Part shown: positions 39,280-54,898 of the stretch, one piece after another | Layout: each line of letters starts with the position of its first letter | Position numbering within the stretch: position 1 is the first letter of the stretch | NCBI GenBank assembly: GCA_000165425.1 | Contig: CT868585.1 | Location: forward strand, 1-64,000 | Origin: Paramecium tetraurelia | Lineage: Eukaryota | Reading direction: 5' to 3' | Length of the DNA stretch: 64,000 nucleotides | The notes under the pieces: generated by a model | Seen by the model: the letters and a program-made list of their open reading frames with translations, nothing else | Database searches by the model: none | What the model was told of the DNA's origin: nothing | Made by a program: the position numbers and the translations under genes

Positions 39280-41058
39280 ATGATAAATCTGTTCCCTAAA
39301 ATACAAGACAATTAATATAATCGACAATCTTGGGGAGGTTTACTATTTCTTATAACAATCATTTGTATTGTCGTTTTCATCTGGGCTGAGATTACTAATG
39401 CTCTATAGGGGACAATTTAATTGCAAGTGGATCCAGCAATTGATTCTAGGATTAGAGTGAACTTGGATGCAGTAATTTAAGCACCTTGCCAAGCATTAAC
39501 ATTAAATATTTAAGATATGATGGGCTCTTATTTACAAGATGTATAACACACTATTATAAAAACACGTATAGTTGATGACAACTTAGAATATGTGGATGTT
39601 AAGCAAAACGTAAATTTCACTTCATGTTATGGAGCTGAACTGTTGATAGATCAAAAGTGTTATAGTTGTTAAGATGTGATGATGGCATTTGCTTAAAGAA
39701 GATGGAGATAACCCAATTTTGAAAGCATCGTACAATGTGTTGGGAAACCCACTGTTCAATTTGACGACTCAGAATTATAGTAGTTTCGATAGGCTGATCT
39801 TAATCACTAAAAAGAGCTTCAGTTGACTAAAAAAGAATTGGTCAATGTAACGGCTACCGAGTTGTTCAAACAATCTATAGAAGTAGATGATGAAGAAGAA
39901 GATGCTACTGAATAAATTATGACTTAAGAATAGAGAGACAAATTCAAAAAGGCTTTGGGTTAACTTTCAGAGATAAGTTATAATCCTATGCAGTGGGATG
40001 AATAGAGATTAAAATAAGAAAAAGGGAAATAAATTGATTAATTGATTGGAATGCTTAATATATCTTTGGATCATATTGGAGGTACATTAGCCAGTCAATT
40101 GCGTTTTTCTGATAGGGAGAGAGTATTACCATTCAGAAATCTCACATAAGATGTCAAATTATTGACAGAAATTTACAGATAAAAGTGCGAGACTACTTTG
40201 AAGATATCCTTAAATGCTTCTTATGATAATGAATCAAAGGTTGAAAATTTTGAACTTGATATGCCAAAGGATTAGTGTTCAATCCCATTCTATTATTCTG
40301 CAAAAGAAGACATTATGACCATCCAAGTCTAGAATCACGAGATATTATGGAAGATCAATACCTCTGTTATGATGAGTCAATTTGTTTTCTTTATTGAGAA
40401 ACTATTAGTTATCAATGAGGAATATAACTACAACTATCAACCGAATTCTATGCTGGATAGAGCATATAATTAATTTAGAATCAGCGTCTATGTTCATGTT
40501 AAATAAATTAAGAATCCAATGACCAAAAATTCAAGATTGTTATTCAGTGAATCTTTCTAAGTAGAACAGCCATCTGAATCTTATATCGAAGTTTCTGATA
40601 TTGAAGAACATATAGATGAAGCATGCAGATTTTTTGGTTATTTTTACATTAAGAAAGTTCCTGGGGTTTTTGCTATCCAATCTAATAAGCCAGCTATGGA
40701 ATTAATTAATAGAACCTTCCAAGGCAATCATAGTTTTAAATTATCATTTGGGGATCAGCCATCAACTCAAAGAGAAACTTATAGTTAATTTTCCTCAAAA
40801 TACTATTTAAAATTAGTTACTACTAATAATATAGATATTTGGAGCAACCAGAATGTCTTTTATACCTTCACTCAACAAAGATCCCTTTACAATGAAACTA
40901 TAGCTCCTTTCATTGAATTTCAATACGAATTCGATCCCATATCGATGACAATTCAGTCTACTTCAATTACAAACTATTTAGTTATTGTTTTTGCTGTTAT
41001 TGGAGGTGTCTTCGCTGTTAGTAAATATTTTGCTGGCATCTTGAATATGTTAATATGA
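39280..41058 (+). CDS. Erv46/ERGIC3-family ER-Golgi cycling membrane protein with large luminal insertion (592 aa, intronless)
   Basis: FPKI..SWGGLLFLITII (TM1), APCQALTLNIQDMMG, SCYGAE..KCYSCQDVMMAF..W..FESIVQC, EACRFFGYFYIKKVPG, YYLKLV, FQYEFDPI, AVIGGVFAV (TM2). Confidence 0.88.
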
Positions 41059-41227
41059 TAATCTGAATTTTTTATATATTTAAAAACAAATAGTTTTAAT
41101 TCAATCAGGCAATTATTTATGTTTGATCTAAATCTTTAGTCTGGTTGTTCTAAATAGATTCGAATTATGACAATTAAATAAATAATGTTGATCATAATGT
41201 AGATTATATTGATTAATTTAATAAATT

Positions 41228-42051
41228 ATGGAACCTATAGTTAGTGAATTTTCATAAGTGAATGATGATTCAATTGAAAAAGAAAAGGCTTAAATCAAGA
41301 ATATTTTGGCATTTGAAACTGCAGGAACATTATTATTGATTTATGGAGCCTTAGCTGCTGAGTATTATAATCTTTTAGAAATAGAACTAATTTCGGTGTT
41401 GCTCTTGTTTATTTCATTGGATTAATGGTGTGTGGTAGACTAAGTAAAGGATACTTTAATCCTATATGCACCTTAATCGGATATATAGATGGATCAATAC
41501 CCTAAAAAAGAGCCATTTATTATATTGGAGCATAAACATTTGCTAGTCTAATTGCAGGGATGTTATTGATGCCTCTGTTTGCATACAAAAAAACACTGCC
41601 ATATTTCGAAGTGTATTTGAGTATTACAATATATATAGATTACCATCTCATTAAGTATTTGGAACTTTAATGTCTGAAATAGCTGGATCAATTATCTTTT
41701 TTATATTTATTCAAATTTAAACAGCAGAAAACACTAAAATAACTACTACAGAGGTACAATCTGCCATTTTTGTTAGTGTCATTTATTTTGTTGCTCGATA
41801 GTAAACATTAAATATTATGTAGATACACTGCAACTATGGGAAATAGTTTATTTAATCCATCTGCAGCTTTTGGGTACTTTATCATATTATATTTTAGACT
41901 ATAATTATTTTATGGAATTTATTATGGAAAGTGGGACTAAATGATTAATTTATTGATTTATATTATTGGTCCTTGGGTTGGAGCATTGTTAGCCATCACC
42001 TTCTTTTGGAAAATATACACTCCAACTCTTGTTAGTAAATAGTCTAATTGA
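41228..42051 (+). CDS. Aquaporin / MIP family channel, unorthodox NPA boxes
   Basis: FETAGTLLL, LSKGYFNPICTL, YIGAQTFASLIAG, SEIAGS, FNPSAAFG, IYIIGPWVGALLA; four tiny introns; TGA 42049-42051. Confidence 0.88.
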
Positions 42052-42724
42052 ATTTAATATCGACACATAATTTATTTATACAGTTATTATAAAGAATGCA
42101 TTTATCTGTTCATATCAATTCATAACTTTAAAATTTAATTATGTATAAGGCTCTAGGCTGATTTTATAAATAGAAATCTCTTTCATCCTCTTAAGAAAAA
42201 TATATTCTATTTATTATTTGATTTTCTAAGAATTCTACAATTAAATAAAATTTTATTATTACCTCTAAAATTCTATGCTTAACCTAATATTATCAATTAA
42301 TATCGCATAAATCTTTTTTCATAATAATTTTTATCTCTTCTTTATAAAAAAGTACAACTTCGATATCCACATTGTTTGCGAATCGGCAAGCAATTTAATG
42401 AAAAAAATAATCATTTTACACTTCACTATCTTGATCAAGTTTTGTTAATAATAATAATCAATATTTTTGGAATCAGCCACAGCCTTACAATTTTGAAATA
42501 GCCGACATCTTTAATATTATAATTTTGTAAATTGAAATGCATTTTGAGTACATTAACAATTTAGAAACGATAAATTTTATTTATTTTTATTTTCACCAAA
42601 TCACTAGAGGCTTTAAACTTCTTAATTAATATTATTAAAACATTAAATAAATAAAAAATAGTAGTTTAATATCGCATCAAATACATTATAATAATTATTT
42701 AGAGTAATATGATGATTAACAATA

Positions 42725-43259
42725 TCAAAAATGATGATTAAATGAATTATAGTGCAGCTTTTTGAGCTATGGTGATAATGGTATCACAAAAGATGAGCTC
42801 TACACTGTTGATGTTTCACTAGGACAAGTAGTTATTCTTTTTCCAGGATTTTCATAATGTAACTTATGATAATTCTTTTATTATAATATTCTTTATTTCA
42901 AATTGAAACAAGACTCATGCTTTTAAAGGAATTACTTTGTCAGAATTTAGCTTTAATTTAACTCACCTCTTATTTACTCTTTATATTACTCTATTTCACT
43001 CTACAAAATTTGTGAGCGAGCTTGAATAATGTGAAATTATACATAGTTTTTCACTTAAATTCATAATTTACTTTTGACATTCATTTTGAAGAATTTAGTT
43101 TTATTGCCGAAATTCATTAATTTATCTAACCAGCTGTTCTTTTTCATCTTTAAAAGCAGGAGTTATAGGTTCTGAATCACTCAAACGACCAATATTGTGA
43201 ATATCATGATCTTCATTCTCTTAGAACAAACTCAGAATTTACATTATAGAATAACTCAT
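42725..43259 (-). CDS. Hypothetical coiled-coil protein
   Basis: ATG 43259, one 22-nt intron, TGA 42727-42725; Q/E/K-rich. Confidence 0.55.
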
Positions 43260-44755
43260 TGTATTATTTATTTAATTTAATGTCAGATGACATCAAATTT
43301 ATGTGAATTAATTAGTAAAAAGGAATAATCCATATGTAGAAAATCATTGTAAGAATACTATATAAAATATAAATTTTGAAATGACTATACTACTTAACTA
43401 ATTATTTAATTATTTAAAAACAATTCTTGTTCATGACATAAAATTTATTAAATTTATCAAATTTAAATTATTTGATACTATTCCATATATAAAAACTATA
43501 CAAATACTATTTTATCAAAAAGTTGCAAAGGCTGCATGTGAAGCCAATTCTGACGAAAGTATTTCATAAATTATTCAATAGAAAAGAAATTATAGATTTT
43601 AGGTTAAAATAGAGTTTTTTTCATTATTATTTAACAGCTTTGGTCACTCTATATTATTTATATTAATACTTTTATTCATTTCCAAAAACAAATATTTATT
43701 AATATTTCAAACTAAAACAAACGAGAATAATTATATTATGGATCAATTTCTTAGAAGAAACTCTTGGGATTAAATTTATTAGATTTTTCCCTGGTTTCTT
43801 TGATAAATAGTATATAGTTCTTGAAGATGGTGCGAATAGTTTTATATCCTTAACTTTTGCTCAAAAAAATTTAAATAAATAAAATAGCTGACTAAGCATT
43901 GAGTTGCAAATTTGTGAATAGAGCAATACACTATTGGCCTTTAAAATAAATGGTTTTATTAGTGAGTAGCTAGAATTAATATAAGTATTTGATCTTTTTG
44001 CTTGAAATATATTTGGCAACCTAACTTTCTAAAGAGAATATTATATAATAATTATGTTATTTGAATAGATCTTAAATTATTCGATTAACAATTAACTAAT
44101 ATAATTTAAAGCATTAAATCAAAACAAAAGACTTAACTTAATTAAAATTATTATTTAATATGACAACTTCTTAGTTCCAAATTGCTTAAAATACTATATT
44201 TAAATTTTAGTAAAAAAGTGAATAGTATAAATACTCAATTTCATCTTTATAATGGTAATTTAATAAAGAAATCTGGATTAAAATAAAAAAAAGATTTCGG
44301 TGTTATTTTCTTTATTTAATCTTATTTAAAAGTTTAGGATTGAGGTATTTATAAGCTAAGTATATGGTAATTTTAAATGATTTTGTAGAAATAGCTGTAT
44401 TTATTTATAATTCCTTTATCACGTTACCTTTTTAATTAATTAAGTGCTTATGAAAAGTGGTTCATTCTCATAGGGCAACCTAATAAGGTTATTATAGTAA
44501 ATATAAGCGCATAAAATGTTAATTTCCTGATTAAAAGAAGATAATTAAATTTGGAGGATAGTTGAGTGTGAATTATGGAGAATGCATATATGAATATAGA
44601 GATGATAAGATAATCAAGTTTATTAAGGAACTTAAATAATAATATGAAAAAATCATAACATTAGCAATTAATAATTACTCTATATATATATATTTATTAA
44701 TATAGTAATTTTAGCATTTAAGAAAATTATTTTTTATTTATTCTTGATAAAATAG

Positions 44756-45930
44756 ATGATTTAATATCCCTTCTTTAGTTTACCCCCAAAATGTCACCAA
44801 GCAATACCAAGTGTGCCAAGAAAATTATTGAAAGATTAATATGAATTACTTTCTACCGATTTGGGATAAGGAACCTATGGAAAAGTGAAGTTAGCCATAA
44901 ATAGAGCAAATAACAAGAAATGTGCTATAAAAATAGTATTTATATCCTTATCGAACTTAGATCTCTAAAAGTTACATAAATTAATACAATGCAAAATAAC
45001 ACATCGATAATGAAATCAATTACCTCTAATGTTGTAAACACAAGAACATTGTAGAGTTTATAGAAACGTTTGAGGATAAGGAAAATGTTTACATTGTGTT
45101 GGAATACTGTTAGAATGGAACTTTGTATGAGATGATTAAAAAGAAAAAAGTCTTTAGTGAAGATGAAGCCTTTTCATATTTTTATTAGATAGCCCAAGCC
45201 ATACAGTATTTGCACGAGAAAGACATAGTGCACAGAGATATCAAGTCAGACAATGTGTTGTTATAGAATAACACAGTAAAGTTATGTGATTTCAATTGGT
45301 CAATATATTTGCCAAATGGAGGCAAAGCCAAACCTTGTATATGTGGGACTACTGAATACATGCCTCCTGAAGTGGTCAAAAAGTAGAAGCACGACAAAGG
45401 AGTTGATGTGTGGGCACTCGGAATATTATTACATGTAAGAATTCTTAGGATAATATTAGTACATGCTGCATGGAGAATTGCTATTCAAAGCCAAGAACAA
45501 AGAAGAATTGCATGAGAAGATATGTAATAAGCATTTGATAAAATTGAATGATAACTTATCAAGTGAGTGCAAATAATTGTTACTCTAAATGCTTGCTCAT
45601 TCAAAACGAATCAATATTTAGTAAGTCCTGAATTCTGAGTGGGTAATTAAAATGCTTACGAATAAAAATATTTCACATCCATTAGAGTTGACTCCTATTA
45701 AAAACAGATCCAGTGCTTATGAATTAACTAGATTTAGTGTGATTTCAGAATCGACTTGTTTCTCTAGTTCGAAATTCACTACTAAATCCTATGACATCGA
45801 ATCTCCGTTCAAATAATCCAATAATTGCGTAAAATAAGCACCCCAGCCCTAATAACCTCTAAAGGTGAAGAGCACTGCCTTGGATCAAAAGATTACTGCA
45901 TTTAGAGTTGAAAAAAGACAAATTGAATGA
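44756..45930 (+). CDS. Aurora-like Ser/Thr protein kinase
   Basis: LGQGTYGKV, CAIKI, LEYCQNGTL, HRDIKSDNVLL, KLCDFNWS, CGTTEYMPPE, HDKGVDVWALG; two tiny introns. Confidence 0.9.
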
Positions 45931-46004
45931 AGAATTAAAACTTATTTATTTTTTAATGTAATATTATAAATCATTTTTGTTAAATTAATTATTTGTATTA
46001 TAAG

Positions 46005-47709
46005 ATGGAGTATATTGCATATACCGATGCAAAATTTTAATTTCTGGGAACTCGTAAACACTTCTTTCGGGATAAACAATATTATGTGAGTGTTTTTGAG
46101 GATTGCTTTATTATGGGCAATGTAATTCTCAAAAATTATTTGATTAGACATGCGATACACAATCGCCAAAGTACAAAATAAGTTTTGATCTCAATATCAA
46201 ATTGAATTGGGACTTGAAAAAGTAGGAAAATAATGTAATTATCTAATCATTTGTTTTTCCATACAAAAATTCATTTAAGACTCTCTATGCTAATCATGAT
46301 GATTTGATGAAGTAACTTCAATATTTTAATCTTATATTTGTCAGATTCAAAGAACTTCTTGGTCAATCAGTGACTTATGAAGGCATTGGCGATCTCTATC
46401 TTCCAATTTTGTAAATTGGGAAAGGCAGTTCAGCTAAAGTAATATGCATTTTAATTTCAGGTTTATAGTGCTTAAAACATTTTGAATTAAAATATTTATG
46501 CGATCAAAGCCATAGAGAAATCATTTTTAAATAAAACTGAAAAAGGCTCTGGTTTAGTAATTCTAACATTTTTATCAATTAGGCTGCTTATAAAATGGAA
46601 GTGCAGATCCTTAAAATCTTATCTCCTTATTCTTAGAACTTTCTCACCTTAAAGGAGATATTTGAAGGTGATCACACTTTCTATTTGGTGACAGACTATC
46701 TAGAGGGAACAACTCTGAGCGAAGAAATAGAAAAAGCCAAAGTAATATTGATTTTATAAATAGAATCTCCCAGATCATAGGCTGCCTATGTAAACCATCA
46801 GAGTATTAATGTACAAATTATTAACAAGTTTAGTTTTACTGCATGAAAACAACGTATTTCAAATATTATATAATGCAAGATCATTCATAGAGACCTCAAA
46901 CCAGACAATCTGATGTTTGCCAAAAAAAACGATTATTCTTCCTTAGTTTTGGTTGATTTTGGATTGGCTACTCTGGAAACCCTTGATAAGTATGCTTATT
47001 AAGTGAATGAATATTAGATTTCTGTTCCCTAAATGCGGCACTCCAGGATATGTTGCTCCTGAGGTTCTTAACTTAAATTATGAAAATAAATATACAACAA
47101 AAGTAGATATATTTAGTAGTGGTTGTATTCTATATAAATTGTTAACTGGAAAAAGCATTTTTGCAGGAAAAACCTTTGATGATGTCTTAAGAGCAAATAA
47201 AAAATGCTACATTGATTTGGATCTTCCATTTGATCATGTTTATATAACAGATCTTTCTCTTGTAATTAATTTATTTATTATTCTAGAATTTATTAGGATA
47301 ACTATTAAATAAAAATTCAAAGTAGAGAATTAGTGCCAGACAAGCACTTTGTCATCCATTTTTTGATTAGATCAATGAGCATAGCACTTAGGCTTTGTCC
47401 ACATTTATAACAAATGTAAAGTTTAGTCAAAATGGAAATCTGAATTTACAGTGTGAAGAATGGACGTCTAGATACGATATTGAGGAGTATCAGGTCAATA
47501 GTGAGATGAAGGAAGATGAATAGAATACTATTACAATTCCGCAGACGAAAAGATGTTCTTTAATGAGCGAAGTCTAATCTCTAACTAGATCTCCAATGAA
47601 ATTTTATCAAAAAGAACCACTATCTGCAATAAGATTCTTTAAGTTTATTGATTTGGCTAGTCCGAAGGGAGATTCAAATGAAATTATAAGTAATGATCTA
47701 CAGAGCTGA
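46005..47709 (+). CDS. CAMK-group Ser/Thr protein kinase with N-terminal extension
   Basis: [55 protein letters not shown]; many tiny introns; TGA 47707-47709. Confidence 0.9.
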
Positions 47710-47864
47710 ATTTACTCAATTAATTATAACAAATTTGATTATTTTAATAAAGTTGAATTGTGTTATAATTACATTTAATTTAGCAAGTGATTTAATTAAA
47801 TATTGATAAAATCCAAGTATTTAGCAAACAATGTGAAAATCTATCTTATTATTATTTATTTAAT

Positions 47865-51106
<3,242 letters not shown>

Positions 51107-51146
51107 GAAATCATATTAAAAATACAAAATAATTTAACATTAAATA

Positions 51147-52485
51147 ATGTCTTTGGAATAAAAACAAAATTTACTAGTCAAAGAAATCATTGATAAAGGA
51201 TTTAACATAGACAACTTCTAAAAATTCATTGACCAACGTCACGACTTGGAAGAATGGGATTATGATGAATTAGTAGAAGTCATTAAGAAATTCTAAGATC
51301 AATAGAACGATTACTTTTAAGTACTTAAATGTAATAGGACCATTCCAAACGCTATATCTAATTCAGAAAATTTGACCTCTACAGTTGTTGGTTATGAGAA
51401 AGTGTAAAAAGGGATTTTCATGAGCACATATGTCTATTTCAAAATTGAAACTAAACCAATCAATTGGGTTGTAAGAAGGACATATGAAGAATTTATAGCC
51501 CTCAAGAATATGCTTAATAAACATTACAATGTTCCAAATATCCCGAATCAACGAAAATCACCTGTTGAGTTTACCTACATCAAGTAGTTAAGACATTTGC
51601 AAATGTTCTTGAATTTTGTTTTATTAGATCAAGAAATTAGAAGTCTTCCTGTTATTTAAGACTTTTTATCCCTTGATTCATTTCAACCTAATTAGGTAAT
51701 TCCTTTTACAACTTTAAGTGGAGATTTCGGTATCAGAATTAATAAGTAAATTGCTTGTTTTATAAAATAATCTGATTACTTCTTAAACAATGTTTCGCCA
51801 TTGTAAAAAAAAGCATATAAACTAGTTAAATAATTGATGAAAAACATGCAATAGCAAAATCAGACCATGTTCTAATTATCAGATGTATATAAAGAATTAT
51901 TTAAAGAGTCAAAAGCCTAAAACGCAAGGTTGAAAGATTGCTATATCATTGCAAGTCACCTTTTTGAATAATTGTCTAAAATACAAACCGATAACATCAA
52001 AATTTTGAATGAAACAATATATGCATAGTAAAGGTTTTAGTTTCATCAAATCGCACCATTGAAGGATATTTTGAACTAAAGGGAAAAACATTATAACCAA
52101 GTGTTTGACTTCTCAAATAAACTAAAAGCAAAAAAAGAAAAATTATATTAATAAGGCGAGGTTGTTAAATGGGATCTAGATGAAAGTTATCTTGATAGTT
52201 TTAAATTAGAATAAATTAAATCAACTCCATAAATCGCATTCTAATGCATGTGTAAAACTGTAAAAAATACTATAAATATCTTAGGATAATTCTCATTTAT
52301 AAGTCCTTAAAAACTAATTTGGCTAGATTAATTTGAGGGCTTATGAAGCAATTGAGTCCGTAATTAAATATACCTCCACTCAATTTAAAGATCATCTTGA
52401 AAAATTTGCACAACTGATGACGACATCTATCCATTAATATCAAAAATTATGGTCTGACACATTGGAAAACCTAGCTATATCATGA
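51147..52485 (+). CDS. PX-domain sorting nexin-like protein with helical (BAR/Vps5-like) C-terminus
   Basis: YVYFKIETKPINWVVRRTYEEFIALKNML..VPNIP..LQMFLNFVL..IQDFL; coiled C-terminal half; TGA 52483-52485. Confidence 0.82.
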
Positions 52486-52763
52486 ACTTTTGTTTTATTA
52501 TGTATAAATATAGAGATTATCAGTTTTGATAAAAACATAATTATATACTCTAACCTGAATTAATATTATAATTTATAAATTTATGATAAAATAAATAGTG
52601 TCTTCTGAGTTAATTACCATTGTTTTGAAATGAATTATCTTTAAACTGATATTTTTCAATCAAATGCTATATTATTAATTAGGTTTCTTATAAAAATGAT
52701 TCATTTTAATTAGGCTTAAAATTTCTGTTTGAGTTCCAATATTTTAATTAACAATAATTATAA

Positions 52764-54128
52764 ATGCTAATACTATTCTTTTTTCTTGTGTTAACTTAAC
52801 AATAAAAGGATGTAGAATTTGATAAAGATTATTATTGGACGTTGATTGATAGAATCTCTGGTGATAATATCTATAGGATCAAAAATTTAACCAGTCCTTA
52901 TTATTATGTCTAAGTTACTTTGTTTTAAGACGATTGGTCTTTTTTACTTATTTATGATCTTAATTAAATTCCAATTTTAAACTCCTCTAAGGGTGACTAC
53001 ATAAGGTATTACAATAGATAGATAATGAATAAGTTTTTATGAAAAGAGAAGAACCAGATTCCTTAAAATCGAACCCAATGGCAAAATTATTTACATCACA
53101 GCACATTCTAATAGCTCTAGGGGAAATTATAATATAACCATATGGGGAAGCAAAGATGAGTATTGTGACAACAGTTGCTCGAATTTAGGAGAGTGCTATG
53201 TAAATATCAGTTCTATAAAAGGACGATGGATGCGAATGTATAGCTGGGTATGTAGGATCTGATTGTCATTAACAGGCGTTGGAAATTCTAGAGGATAAAA
53301 ATTACATATACTTTTACGGAGATGAGACTTAATTCTTCTATCTGAACATAGATAATTACGATTAAATGGACATTGAATTGAAGCTAAGTGTAAATTATAA
53401 ACTCAAAAATAGACTAACAGCTACTAAGGGATTGAAATAATATTGCAACTAACCAATGCGATAATCATTCCAAGCTAATATCAATTGAGTAAAGAAGAGA
53501 GCTATATATAACAATACAAAATATATGACACTTAGCCATAAGAGCTTATCTATCGTAGTCTTAGTTCTTCCAACGACAATATTTAGCTGGTTTTTGTAGC
53601 AAGACCTATAAATAGTCCCTTGGATACAATTGTTAGCACTTTAACGATAGAACTCTCAAAATATGATAAGTCCGAAAATACCTTTTCTATAATTGTAATA
53701 ATTATTATTGTCGTTGTCATCTCAGTAGCAGTGATTATAATTATTATATTGTTTTTTGTATGCAAAAGCGTTAGAAAGAGAAAAATGCTAAGAATGTAAG
53801 CAAGGTTAAGAATGGCTAGATTAGAAGGTTAGCAATAAAATCAGATCACTCAATAACAAGATTATGAGAATCTTTATGATTTACTCACTCCAATTCCTTT
53901 ATAAGATTGTAATAATTAAGATAGTTGTGCCATTTGTTTAGACAACTTAAACAATAATTAAGAAGTCAGATAAACCCATTGCCAGTATTCAATACTCATT
54001 AATTTAGTCATAATTTTCATTCTCTTTGTATAAGAGAGTGGCTTTAGAAAAATAAAAAAGAATGTCCTGTTTGTAGATCAAATTTGGCGATTAAAGATGT
54101 TAAGACCCATCAAGAACCAAATCAATGA
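52764..54128 (+). CDS. Type I membrane E3 ubiquitin ligase: signal peptide, EGF-like repeat, TM helix, RING-H2
   Basis: MLILFFLVLT; CDNSCSNLGECYDDGCECIAGYVGSDC; TM IIVIIIIVVVISVAVIIIIILFFV; CAICLDNL..THCHHNFHSLCIREWL..CPVCR. Confidence 0.85.
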
Positions 54129-54898
54129 ATAACATCTCTTAATTTAAATATATACCATTTTTCTAAATTAAAACATTCACCTAATTTAATTTCTTATCAT
54201 TTGAAAAATAATTATTCAACCTTGTACCCTTTCTTTAATTCGAATACAATTCTACATAAGTAATCAATAGATTAAAAAAGAATAATAATTTATAATTAAT
54301 CGGAATTTTCGGTTAAAATCAACCAAAACAAATAATAACTAAATTTTGATTCTCAAGAGGATAAACTTATTAAATAAATTGAAAATGTGAAGTAAAAAAG
54401 AATTTAATAAAATAAGGAAGTTCTAAATAAAATACATCAATTATAACAGGATAAAATCTGTCATTATTATTACAAATCTCAGTAATTCTGTTTGTATTTA
54501 ATTTTATTCAGCAATAATCCAATCATACATAATGAAAATTGAAAAATCTCTTCTATCTCAAAGGAATTGATGTTCTTAGATAGAATATATAAAAAGTAAA
54601 CTTCTAATCATAAAACAGAGTATTAAAGAATATCCTGAAAATATGTTGATAAGTCGACTATTTAGAGAGATGGTAATCACAATAATTTAAGAGTCCTATT
54701 CTAATTGACAGATCACTCCTCACTCCATGAAGAGTTTAAATTCTTAGAGAGAGAAATTCAATAATTGATAATATCTTTCTTTGATTAAGATACTTTAAAA
54801 ATATAAAAGAATATTAAATCTCTTCTTTTTAAATATTATATGAAAGAAAAATATGTATTAACTTAATTAATGATATCAGATTGATTTATTAATGTTGA

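Noticed and set aside
54200..54890. Q/K-rich plus-strand reading frame
   Set aside because: No clear ATG and interrupted by TGA; may be a small gene or remnant but is unsupported.
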